DNA of 64,000 nucleotides from Cyanobacteriota bacterium (GCA_033764955.1 JANRIL010000048.1:73267-137266); one strand, 5' to 3'; shown: positions 31,296 to 43,700, counted from the first letter of the stretch. Numbers and translations are program-made. Notes: a model not told the origin generated them from the sequence alone.

Positions 31296-32066
31296 TTATC
31301 TCGCCCAGTGAATGATATAGCGCTCTAGTGTAGCAAAAAAACTATAGAGAATAACCCCCATTGCAGAAAGAACCAGCAGTCCAGAGAATGCTAAAGCTAC
31401 TTCAAACTGAGAACTAGCAGTCAGAATAACAAACCCTAATCCGCCGTTAGAAGCAACGGTTTCCGAAATCACAGATCCAATAAAAGCAGATGAAATAGCA
31501 ATTTTTAATGAGGCAAATAGATAGGGCATTGAGTGCGGCAATCCGACTTTGACAAAAATTTCCCAGGGAGAGGCTCCCAGTGACTTTAAGACATCTCGCA
31601 TTTCTGGTTCAACCGTGTCTAATCCCACCGCAACATTGACCGCAATTGGGAAGAAGGCCAACAAAAAAGCGGTGAGAATGGCTGGAACAGCCCCTACCCC
31701 AAACCAAAGCGCCATCAACGGCACGAGAGCCACTTTGGGAATCGTATTAAAACCCACCAATAGAGGGTAAAGGATAGCATAGGCAATTTTTGAGAAGCCA
31801 ATCCAAAATCCAAGCAGCAATCCCAGAGCCAAAGCTAAAACAAAACCAACTACCGTTGTCATAAGGGTTTGCAAGGCATGTTTGATTAAGATTTGACCGG
31901 AGGAAAACAAAGCCACTATCACCGCCGAGGGAGCAGGCAAAATAAAGTTAGGAATGGAAAATAATCGAACAATAATTTCCCACAAAATAAATAGAATCAA
32001 GGTAGTGATTGTCGGCAAAATGATAGCCGATTGCTTAGATTGCATCCATTTTTTAAGGGAACTCAT
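31296..32066 (-). CDS. NitT/TauT-family ABC permease
   Basis: FILPAPS, IPKVALVPL, SETVASNGGLG; start moved to MSSLKK. Confidence 0.88.
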   Translation of the reverse strand: MSSLKKWMQSKQSAIILPTITTLILFILWEIIVRLFSIPNFILPAPSAVIVALFSSGQILIKHALQTLMTTVVGFVLALALGLLLGFWIGFSKIAYAILYPLLVGFNTIPKVALVPLMALWFGVGAVPAILTAFLLAFFPIAVNVAVGLDTVEPEMRDVLKSLGASPWEIFVKVGLPHSMPYLFASLKIAISSAFIGSVISETVASNGGLGFVILTASSQFEVALAFSGLLVLSAMGVILYSFFATLERYIIHWAR

Positions 32067-32157
32067 AGCCAGTTTTTCCTGAAAGTTATGAGGGTGACCT
32101 ACACAAATTAAATTATAGATATTAACCCAAGAGAAAGACAAAAAATAATGGGTACAG

Positions 32158-32994
32158 TTAATAGCTGCGATGAATATGCTTGCGAACTTCCGCAACAAAG
32201 TGATAAAATTCATCCGTTAAGCACATTTCCAGGGTGCGTGGGCGGGGCAAATTTACCCGTAACCGGAGGACAATCTGACTAGGACGGGGACTCATCACAT
32301 AGATTGTATCGGAGAGAAAAACGGCTTCTTGCAAATCATGGGTGACCAAAATACTAGTACAGCCGGTGCGTTGCCACAATCGCTGAAGCATCACCCACAT
32401 ATCCTCCCGTGTGAAGGCATCCAAAGCTCCAAAGGGTTCATCAAGCAGGAGCAACTCCGGCTGGTGAATAAGTGCTCGACAGAGAGAAGCCCGCTGTCTC
32501 ATGCCCCCCGATAATTGCCAGGGATAATATTTTTGAAATCCATCCAGACCAACAGTAGCCAGTAATTCCTGAGCAGCCGTGATATGCTCTGGTAGTTTCT
32601 GCCGAAAGGTTTGTTTATAGGGTTGGACGATTTCTAGAGGCAATAATACATTTTGAAGGGTATTTCGCCAGGGCAATAAAACCGGATTTTGAAAGGCAAT
32701 CCCTACGCTATTCAGGGATCCTTGAATGGGCTGAGAGCGAAACAACAGTTGACCCATCTCGACAGGGGTGAGTCCAGCCACCATCCGTAGTAGAGAGGTT
32801 TTGCCACAGCCACTTGGCCCAACAATCGAAATGAATTCAGAATGACGCAGAGAAAAAGAAACCCCTTGAATAATCGATAGAGATTGCCCATTTTGTTGAA
32901 ATTGAAGAGCAACATCCCGAAATTCTAAAACTTGGTTGTCGGAAGTATTTTCAGAAGCAGTGGATGGAAAAGAATGCGCCTGAGTTTCTGTCAT
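32158..32994 (-). CDS. NitT/TauT-family ABC ATP-binding protein
   Basis: [31 protein letters not shown]. Confidence 0.9.
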   Translation of the reverse strand: MTETQAHSFPSTASENTSDNQVLEFRDVALQFQQNGQSLSIIQGVSFSLRHSEFISIVGPSGCGKTSLLRMVAGLTPVEMGQLLFRSQPIQGSLNSVGIAFQNPVLLPWRNTLQNVLLPLEIVQPYKQTFRQKLPEHITAAQELLATVGLDGFQKYYPWQLSGGMRQRASLCRALIHQPELLLLDEPFGALDAFTREDMWVMLQRLWQRTGCTSILVTHDLQEAVFLSDTIYVMSPRPSQIVLRLRVNLPRPRTLEMCLTDEFYHFVAEVRKHIHRSY

Positions 32995-33049
32995 GTCTGC
33001 CCATCAGTTGGGTGAAGAAGTTTTTGGGGAATACCCATAACCATGCTGT

Positions 33050-33092
33050 AGACTAGCGCAAGCGAATCCTGAGTCATCGTAGCCTCAGATAC
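33050..33092 (-). promoter_or_regulatory. NtcA-activated promoter: GTA-N8-TAC plus -10 TAGTCT 23 nt downstream
   Basis: GTAGCCTCAGATAC at 33079-33092; minus-strand TAGTCT at 33055-33050, facing the ABC ATPase. Confidence 0.65.
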
Positions 33093-33259
33093 ATAGAAAA
33101 TTGTTTTTTTGCGCTAATGATTGCTAACGAGAAAAGATTTCCTTAGGAACCAGTTGGTCAGGGATCCCCCACTGCATCAACCAGAGAGATTAAGGATTTC
33201 TGGAGTGGTAGGGGATCCCTGCCAGGATCTACTACTCTAGGGTCTGGATAGCATCATGA

Positions 33260-34549
<1,290 letters not shown>

Positions 34550-34615
34550 AATCCTGCAGAAATCCTCCATAAAAAACTGGCTATGGGGAGAGCAACCAGG
34601 TCAGACCGCTTCTTC

Positions 34616-35182
34616 TCAAAGCTCGATCACCGTCACCACAGGTTTAGGGATCCCACCAGGGGGCAGGATCGCCTCCTGCATGTTTGTGCCTGCCAATTCG
34701 GTGGCTTGCAGCTTAGCGGTGCTGAGATCCACCTGACTCAAATTGGCTCCGGTCAGATTGGCGCTGATTAGATCGGCTTCTGCCAAAATTGCCCCCTGCA
34801 AAAGGGCTTTGACCAAATCGGCTCGTTGTAAGTTGGCTTTGGTCAGGTTGGCCTGTTGTAAATCTGCCTCCGTCAGGGTAGCCCAACTCAGGTTGCTCAG
34901 TTCTAGGTTGGTGCCCCGCAAAGTAGCACAGTTGAGGCTGGCTCGTCGGAGATCCGCTTGGCTGAGGTTAGCTTGGGTCAAGTTGGTTTCGATGAGGATG
35001 GAGCGCCGCAGATTTGCTCCCGTTAGGTTCGCTCCCGTTAGGTTCGCTCCGGCTAAGTTGGCACGATGCAAATTGGCTCCGCTCAGATTCGCCCCTGACA
35101 AATTGGCACGCCGCAAATCCACAAGCGTAAACTCTCTCTCTCCGGCAGCATAAGCTTCTAACAGTTGAGCAGGGGTGATCAT
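34616..35182 (-). CDS. Pentapeptide repeat protein
   Basis: Tandem A(N/D)LxX repeats after YAAGEREF. Confidence 0.95.
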   Translation of the reverse strand: MITPAQLLEAYAAGEREFTLVDLRRANLSGANLSGANLHRANLAGANLTGANLTGANLRRSILIETNLTQANLSQADLRRASLNCATLRGTNLELSNLSWATLTEADLQQANLTKANLQRADLVKALLQGAILAEADLISANLTGANLSQVDLSTAKLQATELAGTNMQEAILPPGGIPKPVVTVIEL

Positions 35183-35416
35183 AAGTTAGGCTCCGTGATA
35201 GGCAGTGGCGTGGGGTACTGACGTAGTGATTTACCTTTACTTTGACCTAAAGAAGGGTTGGGATCCGAACCCCCTTAGCTTTGTTTAACAGAAACATGGC
35301 AGCACCATAAAATTCCCAGGGTTGGAGCCGGATCTGGGCAGGAGGGGAGCCAGTCACCCTCACCCTGTGATCCCTCTCAACTGCGCCTCTAGGAATCCAT
35401 GACTCAATAAGTGTAG

Positions 35417-35668
35417 ATGAGTCCCTGGAGAAAGCAAGTGACGAAAAGCCTAACTTCCCAACCCCTCCAATCCTTGGTAGAAACCATTGCCTGCACTGGA
35501 TCGTTGACCTATCAACAGGAACGGCAAATTGAATGTTTGTTGGTTACCCACCAGTTTGATGAGAGTGATTTGAGTGCCCTCGATCGCTTGATCGAGCTGC
35601 TATTTGCCGGAGAAGTGGTTTCTGAATCCGATTATCGGCAAGCCCGGCGTCAGTGGCGGGTTGCGTAG
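35417..35668 (+). CDS. Small hypothetical protein
   Basis: 83-aa helical ORF (LTYQQERQI...DLSALDRLIELL..GEV). Confidence 0.55.
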   Translation: MSPWRKQVTKSLTSQPLQSLVETIACTGSLTYQQERQIECLLVTHQFDESDLSALDRLIELLFAGEVVSESDYRQARRQWRVA

Positions 35669-35785
35669 ACCCACTTGATCCCTCAAGTTTAGCGCCCCCA
35701 TCCACAATGAGAATGGCATAATCGAGCCAAGCCCTCACCAGCCAGGGATCCTTTCCCCACATTCCCCCACGCCTGGAGTCTCCCC

Positions 35786-36232
35786 ATGACGGATCCTCAC
35801 ACCCCAACCGATACACCGCTAGATACCCAAAAAGCGGTAACCACCCTCAAGGTCGTCTTAGGGGCAGCTTGGGCAGATGGGCGCTTACAGCCGGAAGAGA
35901 TTCCCTCCCTGCGAGAGGTGATTATGGATTTGGGGCTTCAGGATCACCCCGAAATTCGCCAATGGATCCAAACCCCTGTTTCGCCCAGTGACTACCGCCG
36001 TTCTTTTCAGGAGTACCTTAATTGCCACCCGACGGTAGCAGAACGAGAGTATTTGTTGAAGGTGGTGACTCGGCTAATTTACGCCGATGATGAAGTATCG
36101 GTGGAAGAAGCCTATATTTTGGATGGTCTCCGCACCATGGTGGAGCAAGTCCAGCCCGATGCCGCCGGCGGGATCCCCTTTGCCGAATTTCAAGCCCTAT
36201 TTGGACGGCTGATAGGAGTTTTATCCCGCTAG
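35786..36232 (+). CDS. TerB-family protein
   Basis: GAAWADGRLQPEE and LIYADDEVSVEE acidic motifs. Confidence 0.82.
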   Translation: MTDPHTPTDTPLDTQKAVTTLKVVLGAAWADGRLQPEEIPSLREVIMDLGLQDHPEIRQWIQTPVSPSDYRRSFQEYLNCHPTVAEREYLLKVVTRLIYADDEVSVEEAYILDGLRTMVEQVQPDAAGGIPFAEFQALFGRLIGVLSR

Positions 36233-36302
36233 AGAGGGGATCCCCAGCTCAGGACAAGAAGATGGTAAGTTGAGGACTGTCGAAGCGCAACTTCCCAAGG
36301 TT

Positions 36303-37067
36303 ATGGCGGCACTACAAGCCCTGATTTTTGATGTGGATGGCACACTAGCCGATACCGAACGGGATGGGCATCGCTTGGCGTTTAATCAGGCGTTTGCGGA
36401 GGCGGGGTTAGACTGGCAATGGTCAATCCCTCTCTACGGTGAGTTGTTAGCGGTGACTGGAGGCAAGGAACGCATCCAATTTTTTATCGATCGCTACCAA
36501 CCCTCCTTTTCTCCCCCCGCCGATGGGAAAGCCTTTATCGCTGGGCTGCACGCCGCCAAGACACGCATCTACACAGAGTTATTGGCAACAGGCGGGATCC
36601 CCTTGCGTCCGGGGGTGCGGCGGTTCTTGCAGGAAGCCTATACCCAAGGGCTGCGGCTGGCGATTGCCACCACCACCACGCCCGCTAATGTGACGGCACT
36701 TTTGCAAAGTGTTTTGCCGGATGGGCTGACCTGGTTTGAGGTGATTGGGGCGGGAGACATTGTGCCTGCCAAAAAACCGGCTCCCGATATTTATCTTTAT
36801 GTGTTGGAGCAAATGGGCTTGCAGGCGCGAGACTGCCTAGCTTTTGAAGACTCGGCCAATGGCCTGATCTCTGCTCAGCAGGCGGGACTCACCACCATCG
36901 TTACCGTGAATGACTATACCCAAGAGCAAGACTTTGGCGGAGCCGCCTTGGTGCTCGATCATCTAGGGGATCCCCATCTGCCCTTCCGTCGTCTGGCTGG
37001 GGATCCTGGGCAAACCACTTATTTGGATGTGTCCCTAGCTCGTCAAATCCATCAGCAATTTGCCTAG
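36303..37067 (+). CDS. cbbY: HAD-family hydrolase, CbbY-like
   Basis: IFDVDGTLADTERDGHR, VTGGKER, KKPAPDIY, EDSANG. Confidence 0.9.
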   Translation: MAALQALIFDVDGTLADTERDGHRLAFNQAFAEAGLDWQWSIPLYGELLAVTGGKERIQFFIDRYQPSFSPPADGKAFIAGLHAAKTRIYTELLATGGIPLRPGVRRFLQEAYTQGLRLAIATTTTPANVTALLQSVLPDGLTWFEVIGAGDIVPAKKPAPDIYLYVLEQMGLQARDCLAFEDSANGLISAQQAGLTTIVTVNDYTQEQDFGGAALVLDHLGDPHLPFRRLAGDPGQTTYLDVSLARQIHQQFA

Positions 37068-37069
37068 GC

Positions 37070-37927
37070 ATGAGGATCCCCTTTCACCCCCTGAAAACCC
37101 GCCTCTTGGCTCACCTAGAGCAGGTGGCACGACCACGGGATCCCTATTGGTCACCTCATGAACATAAGCGGGTACAGCACTATATTCGGCAGACATGGCA
37201 GATCTATGGTCAGGTGGAGAGCCATGAGTTTCGCTATTATGATCAGACTCACCACAATCTGGTTTTGGCCTTGCCTGCCGGCAATTCCTATGGCTATCCC
37301 CCCATTGTGATTGGGGCGCACTACGATGCCGTACCCGCCTGCCCCGGAGCCGACGATAATGCCACAGGAATAGCCGCTCTGCTAGAACTAGCAGGGTTCT
37401 TTGCCACCCATCCAGCTCGCCATCCCATTTGGCTGGTGGCGTTTGATCTGGAAGAATATGGTCTGTTGGGCAGCCAAGCCTATGCTCAACACCTGAAACG
37501 ACAACAACAACCCCTGCGCCTCATGCTTTCTCTGGAAATGTTGGGGTATTGTAACCAATCCACGGGATCCCAGCACTACCCTCACCCACTTTTGCAGCGG
37601 CTCTATCCTGACCAGGGAAATTTTATTGGCTTGATTGGCAACCTGCCCACCCTGCCGGACTTGCTCCATCTGCAACGGTCACTCCAGCACGTGGGGATCC
37701 CTTGCCAGTGGTTACCGACATGGGATCGGGGACGGATACTAGCCGATATTCGAGCCAGTGATCATGCCCCTTTTTGGGACGCGGGCTATCGGGCCGTGAT
37801 GGTGACGGATACCGCCCATCTGCGTAACCCCCATTACCACCTGTCCAGCGACCGCATAGATACACTGGACATGGATTTTTTTACAGGTATTTGTCAGGGA
37901 ATTGCCCAAGGATTGCATGATCTCTAG
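37070..37927 (+). CDS. M28-family peptidase
   Basis: IGAHYD, GADDNATG, FDLEEYG, SDHAPF. Confidence 0.9.
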   Translation: MRIPFHPLKTRLLAHLEQVARPRDPYWSPHEHKRVQHYIRQTWQIYGQVESHEFRYYDQTHHNLVLALPAGNSYGYPPIVIGAHYDAVPACPGADDNATGIAALLELAGFFATHPARHPIWLVAFDLEEYGLLGSQAYAQHLKRQQQPLRLMLSLEMLGYCNQSTGSQHYPHPLLQRLYPDQGNFIGLIGNLPTLPDLLHLQRSLQHVGIPCQWLPTWDRGRILADIRASDHAPFWDAGYRAVMVTDTAHLRNPHYHLSSDRIDTLDMDFFTGICQGIAQGLHDL

Positions 37928-38146
37928 AGCTTTCCAGAATTGGTAACCCTCTCAAACCAGAATGTTCCTCTGGCAGGGAGTGGTTGCTGATCAAGGAAGG
38001 GCACGACACAATAACAAATAGATTGGTCATCCTTGGGGTCAGTCAAGGGGTTAGCACTCTTGCGGCTAGTCAGCGCAAAAAAGCAAGTCTTTCCCACTTT
38101 TTGTGCCCTGAGATCTTCCTACTCACCTCATTTGTCTGCCTTCATT

Positions 38147-38731
38147 ATGTTGAATCATTTTCGTGATCGTTATCCTATGGGCAGCATCATCAGTGATTTG
38201 CTTCGGGTTGAAGAAGGGATTTATATTGTCAAAGTGCAAATTTTGTTGAATAACAGCGTCCTGGCTTCGGGTTTAGCGGGATCTACGACGGTGGAAGAAG
38301 CCGAAGATGCTGCGTTGCAGCGTGCCCTCACCCACGCTGGGCTAAGTGCCTCGCCGGTAACGCCCCCCGAAACTAAGCCCTCTCCCCCCTTCGCTGCTCT
38401 CAATGTGGATGCTACTCCCCTCTTGCCGGATAATGGGATCCCGACCAGTTGGGCGATGCCGACAAAACCTGAGGTGGCGATACCTGCCCCTCCTGAGTTG
38501 TTAAGCCGATTACCCGAACCCCTCACAGAGCCAGAGGATCTCTCAGAAATTATTGCTCAGTCGGACGTAGAGCTACAGCGAATTGGCTGGGGACCAAAAG
38601 AAGGCCGTGAATTTTTAGAATCTCGGTTTCACAAAAAATCTCGGCATCAACTCAACGAGATGGAATTACGAGAGTTTTTACGCCATCTCAAGCAACAGCC
38701 CTCCCGACCTAAGCAAGAAACTCCTTTTTAG
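38147..38731 (+). CDS. Conserved cyanobacterial hypothetical protein
   Basis: MLNHFRDRYPMGSIISDL..., Pro-rich linker, C-terminal DVELQRIGW..GREFLE..HKKSRHQL domain. Confidence 0.7.
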   Translation: MLNHFRDRYPMGSIISDLLRVEEGIYIVKVQILLNNSVLASGLAGSTTVEEAEDAALQRALTHAGLSASPVTPPETKPSPPFAALNVDATPLLPDNGIPTSWAMPTKPEVAIPAPPELLSRLPEPLTEPEDLSEIIAQSDVELQRIGWGPKEGREFLESRFHKKSRHQLNEMELREFLRHLKQQPSRPKQETPF

Positions 38732-38752
38732 AGCAGGATAGGAGCACAGCTA

Positions 38753-39241
38753 TTACTGAAATTCAAAAGTAAGTTGATGGGTTTCTTGCAGATCAACAGT
38801 GGTGTGATCCACTAGATTGGTATCGGTTAGTTCTAAGTTATAAAAATCAATAAAAGCGGGTTCGGCAAACAGTGGCCCCGCATGCCATGTTTCGAGATGA
38901 AGCTTGACAAAGCAATCCCCAGCGATCCGAAATCCCACAATCTGATCGGGATCCAACTGAGGAGAGGGGGGAGCCACCGCCAGCAACCAAGGCTGAGCAT
39001 GTAGGGATCCCAGGCATTGGGTACAACGACGATGCTGAGTGATGCGGTCAAATCGCCGCCCTCTCGCCCCTAAACGCATCAAATAAAAACGAGGGGATCC
39101 CTTATCTAGCACGAGCTGGGCATCGTGCTGATCAAAAGCTTTGCCATCTGGCTGCGGATAGATCACCTGTCCATAGGCGGCGAAGGCAGCACTAGATAGT
39201 GATTGGGTCAGCAATGGGCGAAGGGTAAGAGCCACAAACAA
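38753..39241 (-). CDS. Ureidoglycolate lyase/hydrolase-like cupin
   Basis: FAAYGQVI, ITQHRRCTQCLG, TWHAGP. Confidence 0.8.
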   Translation of the reverse strand: MFVALTLRPLLTQSLSSAAFAAYGQVIYPQPDGKAFDQHDAQLVLDKGSPRFYLMRLGARGRRFDRITQHRRCTQCLGSLHAQPWLLAVAPPSPQLDPDQIVGFRIAGDCFVKLHLETWHAGPLFAEPAFIDFYNLELTDTNLVDHTTVDLQETHQLTFEFQ

Positions 39242-39273
39242 ATCCTATAAAATCCTCAGGTCTGTCACCAATT

Positions 39274-39359
39274 CGATAACAGCAAAACGCAGCGGCGGTA
39301 GATCACTTTTTAACCCCACCAGCAGCTCTCATCCATCGGCTGCATTTGAATGGTTAGCC
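39274..39359 (-). repeat. attC-like recombination site 1
   Basis: Minus strand GGCTAAC...AAATGCAGCCGATGG...CCGCCGCTGCGTTT...GTTATCG; imperfect palindrome, 86 bp. Confidence 0.65.
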
Positions 39360-39449
39360 TTCTGCAAGCATCTCATCGCGCAATACGTTCGAGTTTTTCA
39401 CGAACAACTCTGCGTAACGTTAACACCGATCGTGGCACACCATTCCTCA

Positions 39450-39559
39450 TTAAATAGTAATTGGCAGATCATCCAATAAAACAGACACCACATTAGCAAA
39501 GTCAATACCATGTTTACGGAGATTGGCTCCTGCCTTGTCTCAATTTTATTGGTAAACAT
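39450..39559 (-). pseudogene. BrnT (DUF497)-family toxin remnant
   Basis: Minus-strand translation DKAGANLRKHGIDFANVVSVLLDDLPITI, interrupted by stops. Confidence 0.6.
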
Positions 39560-39722
39560 CTCAATTATCGTATGCACACCTGAACATACCACCAAGAGCA
39601 AGATCTGTTAACTGCATTTGCTCTACAATTTCCCCAAAAAGCTATCTAGGAGAGGTTTGAGAGCAACTTAGCTCTGCCGCTAACAGACAATCCTCATGAA
39701 CAGCCCCAACCAAGAACTTGAG

Positions 39723-39809
39723 GGCTAACGTTGCCCATCAGCCGCCGCTAGTAACCTTGAATGCTCAACAGATAGGCTTGCGCCGATCGGGTGCATGGAC
39801 GTATTAGAC
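39723..39809 (-). repeat. attC-like recombination site 2
   Basis: Minus strand GTCTAAT...CCATGCACCCGATC...GCGGCGGCTGATGGG...GTTAGCC; 87 bp with an extra base in the first arm. Confidence 0.7.
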
Positions 39810-39824
39810 AATAGGGATACATTG

Positions 39825-39844
39825 TTATATCAGATATGATATAA
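39825..39844. promoter_or_regulatory. Palindromic operator of the TA operon
   Basis: TTATATCA-gata-TGATATAA, a perfect 8-bp IR ending 7 nt before the toxin ATG. Confidence 0.65.
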
Positions 39845-39851
39845 GCACACT

Positions 39852-40193
39852 ATGGGAGATCAAAGTAAACCTTTAGCTTGGCTGCACGGTGAGGTTAAGA
39901 CTCCACCTTTCAGTCAGGAAGCGCGGATAGAAGCAGGTTTCCTGCTTAGGCAATTACAGGAAGGTGAAGCACTTGGACTACCACATTCGCGTCCTATGCC
40001 AAGTATAGGAATTCACTGTCATGAACTGCGTATTCGAGATGGAGATAAAAATTGGAGGATCCTTTATCGGATTGATGACGATGCAATCTTGATTCTTGAG
40101 GTTTTTAACAAAACAACGAGATCAACGTCTAAAAGCATAATTGAGACTTGCAAAAAGCGTTTTGGTAAATACAATATTGACCAACAGGAGTAA
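39852..40193 (+). CDS. Type II TA toxin, RelE/ParE (HigB/Gp49-like)
   Basis: LGLPHSRPMPSIG..CHELRI..WRILYRID..ILILEVFNKTT. Confidence 0.9.
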   Translation: MGDQSKPLAWLHGEVKTPPFSQEARIEAGFLLRQLQEGEALGLPHSRPMPSIGIHCHELRIRDGDKNWRILYRIDDDAILILEVFNKTTRSTSKSIIETCKKRFGKYNIDQQE

Positions 40194-40197
40194 AATA

Positions 40198-40512
40198 ATG
40201 AAACCAGTCAAGAAAGAATATTTAGAATCTAAAGGCTGGAAAATTGGGACAGTTTCAGATTTTTTAGAGTTAACATCGGAAGAAACTATCTTTGTTGAAA
40301 TCAAGTTAGCTCTCAGCCGCAGCTTAAAGGATAGGCGGCAAAAAATGATGACTCAAGCTGAACTCGCTTCTAAGATTGGCTCCAGTCAACCTCGGATTGC
40401 CAAGGCGGAAAATGGTGATGATTCGGTGTCCATCGAACTATTAATTCGGGCAATGTTGGCAACAGGTGCAACTCCTAAAGATATTGGACAGATTATTGCT
40501 AGTGTCGGTTAG
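40198..40512 (+). CDS. Type II TA antitoxin, XRE HTH (HigA-like)
   Basis: MTQAELASKIGSSQPRIAKAE HTH, downstream of the toxin. Confidence 0.9.
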   Translation: MKPVKKEYLESKGWKIGTVSDFLELTSEETIFVEIKLALSRSLKDRRQKMMTQAELASKIGSSQPRIAKAENGDDSVSIELLIRAMLATGATPKDIGQIIASVG

Positions 40513-40731
40513 TAACATTCACACTAGATTTAGTTGATCCAGCACATGGTTCCGAAAGGCTTCTAGCCTACCATTCATTGCTTTGCCAGTGCTTGAAAAT
40601 AACGTTTTCTAAGTTTTTCATCTCTGACTCTATCATTGCTATCGGATTAAACTCCGGCGAGTATGGTGGCAGATACTCTACTCTTGCTCCCATTGATTCT
40701 ATCAATTCCTTGATTTCTGCTCGATAGCCCA

Positions 40732-43700
40732 CTATTCCGTCTGGCTGAGCTGTGTCAGGGCAACCAAATCTCGATACCGCACTTTCTTGACCATTGTCTT
40801 TAGAGAAATGGTCAGATGTTCATGCTCCCCAGGGATCCCTGCTAGCAGTTGGTTAATTTTTTTGCTGTTGAGCTTGGTGGCGGCTTCATGCAATTCCTGA
40901 ATCCAATCGCGGGGCATCACAGCTAGATCTTGAGAGGTCAGTTCACGGGCTGTAGAGGCAACAGCGCTAGGGGAAGGAGGCGCACTTTCCGTAACAAATT
41001 GTACGCCAAGATGCTGGCTTAACTTGTCAAAAATCATCGACTCTCGAAAGGGTTTTCCAACAAAATCATCACAGCCATTGGCTAAAATGGTGGCTCGATC
41101 TTGCTCAAAGGCACTCGCCGTCAGGGCAATAATTTTGGTGGAACGGGATCCCAAGTGAGCTTTGATGTAACGGGTAGCCTCATTCCCATCCATGACGGGC
41201 ATCTGAATGTCCATCCAGATCAAATGCGGATCCCAAGCTTGCCAGATATCGATGGCCTCTTGCCCATTGCTGGCGGTTTTAATCTGGTTCAATCCAACTA
41301 GTCTCAACAGTTCGGCCAAAACCTGCTGATTTTCCGGTCTATCATCCACGATTAAGAGGCGATAGGAGGGCTGCCCAGCCACTAACCCGATCACCTTGGG
41401 TTGGGATCCCGTATCTTGGATTTGAGCAGGTTCCGCTCGTCTGGCTTGAATAGGAAAGGAAAAGGTGGTGCCTTGTCCCTTTTGGCTGGTGACGTGAATA
41501 TCACCGCCCATCAATTTGACAAATTCTCGGCTAATAGCCAAGCCTAAACCTGTGCCTTCACTGACTTTTTTGCTGGTATCGGTTTGCACAAAAGCCTGGA
41601 AAAGCATCGACAATTCTTCAGGTGTCATGCCCATGCCCGTATCCACCACCGCAAATTGAATGGTACAGGGATCCCCCTTAGCCAGTTGCCGAACCTGAAG
41701 GGTAACGCCACCCGCTTTCGTAAACTTGATGGCATTACCGATCAAGTTAATCAAAACCTGTCGGAGTTTATTTTCATCAGTGATCAGTGCTGTTGGCAAT
41801 TGGGGATCGAGATCAAAGGTAAGATAGATATTTTTGGCTTTTGCCCGCACATTCAACATTTCCTGTAGAGTTTTGAGCATTGTTAACAAATCAAAAGCTG
41901 ACTCTTGCAGAACAATTTTGCCCGCTTCAATTTTGGCCATATCAAGAACACTGTTAATCAGGTTGAGCAGATGTTCTCCACTACGGTTAATAGTAGCTAC
42001 GGTATCTTTTTGTTTGTCAGTTAGATGGGGATCCCGTGAGAGCAATTGACTAAACCCAAGAATAGCGTTGAGAGGAGTTCGCAGTTCATGGCTCATGTTG
42101 GCTAAGAATGTACTCTTTGCTTTGTTGGCAGCTTCCGCCACTTCGCGTGCCTGCTGTTGAATCTGCTCAGCTTTTTTGAGTTCCGTGATGTCCGTTCCAA
42201 TGGTTAAAACACAGGCTTGATCCTCCCCAGGGATTTGCATGGGGCGCTTGATCCACTGCAAGAACCGTCCCTCTCCTTGCTGGTTAACCTGATTTTCTTC
42301 TGCAGATCTCAGTTCTTGTCCAGTTGATAAAACTTGCTGATTTTCCAGAATTACTTGCTGCCAAACTTCCGCCAGCAGATGCTCGGATTCAAGAGAATTG
42401 ATCAAGTGGTTACGATTAAGTCCATAAAATTGAGCATAGGCTAGATTAGCTAAGATAGTTCGATTTTGTCTGTCTCTAACTACAATGAGATCCGGTGATG
42501 TATCCAGAAGGGTCACCAAAAATTCTCGCTGCTGTCGAATTGATTCTTCTATTTTCTTGCGAGCAGTAATATCTTCTAGAATACCCAGACTAAGCTGAGG
42601 GGATCCCTGTTGATCGTTAATCAGTGCAACCGTCAATCGTGTCCAAATAGTTTGTTTATCTTTGCGAACACAGCGTTTTTCCAGTTGATAATAGTTTCTT
42701 TTTCCAGCGATCAAATCGTTCCACAAAACTTCTTCCGCCAAAACATCATCAGGATGAGTATAGTGATGAAAATGAATTGGCATTAACTCATCGACGGAAT
42801 AGCCTAGGAGCTGGGCTAAAAAGGGGTTGACACGCAGAGTTTTTCCATCCAGGGTATCAAGAGTAATACCCATGGGGGCATTTTCAAAGATGCCACGAAA
42901 CTGGGCTTCACTCTCCGCTAAAGCCGCTTCAGCCTGCTTGCGGCGGGTGATATCCATCCCAATCATCAACACACAGGGTTCACCCGTGGCGGGTAAGATG
43001 ATGCGCCGCTTTACCCATTGCACCCACTGTTCCTTTCCCGCCGCATCCCAATGGCATTCTTCAGGGGTTTGAACATCTTCACCCGATACAATAACTTGGC
43101 GAGTTTCCAGCAACCATTTCCGCCAATCTTCAGCACTAAACGCTTCAGAGGTATCTCCTAAAGAATCTTGCACTGTCTTGCCAAAGAAATTAGCTGCTGT
43201 TTGATTGATTAAAACAGTATGGTTATCCCAATTTTTTACAACAATTAGATCCGGCGAGGTATCAATCAATCGATTTAGAAATGTTTGCTGATCGTGAATG
43301 GATTTTTCAGTTATTTTGCGCTCGGTAACATCCGTATGGGATCCCACCAGTCGTTTTGGGTTACCCAACTCATCTCGATGGGTAATTTTGGCACGAGACA
43401 ATATCCAGCGATACGATCCATCACGATGACGCATTCTCACTTCAAAATTAAGGGCAGAACTTTCCCCCCTTAAATGAGCAAAAACTTTACTAAGTGCACC
43501 ATCAATATCTTCAGGGTGTACTAGATTTTCCCAGGAAGAAAAGAGATTAGGAATTTCTTCATCACTATACCCCAGCATTGATTTCCACTGTGGAGAAAAA
43601 TACACATCATTAGTCTCTAAGTCCCAATCCCAAATGCCTTCGTTAATGCTGGCCGTAACCAGTTGAAAACGGGCTTCACTGGCAATAAGAGCTTGTTCCG

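Noticed and set aside
34743..35153. Repetitive plus-strand ORF (RFAPV repeats)
   Set aside because: Antisense reflection of the pentapeptide-repeat gene.
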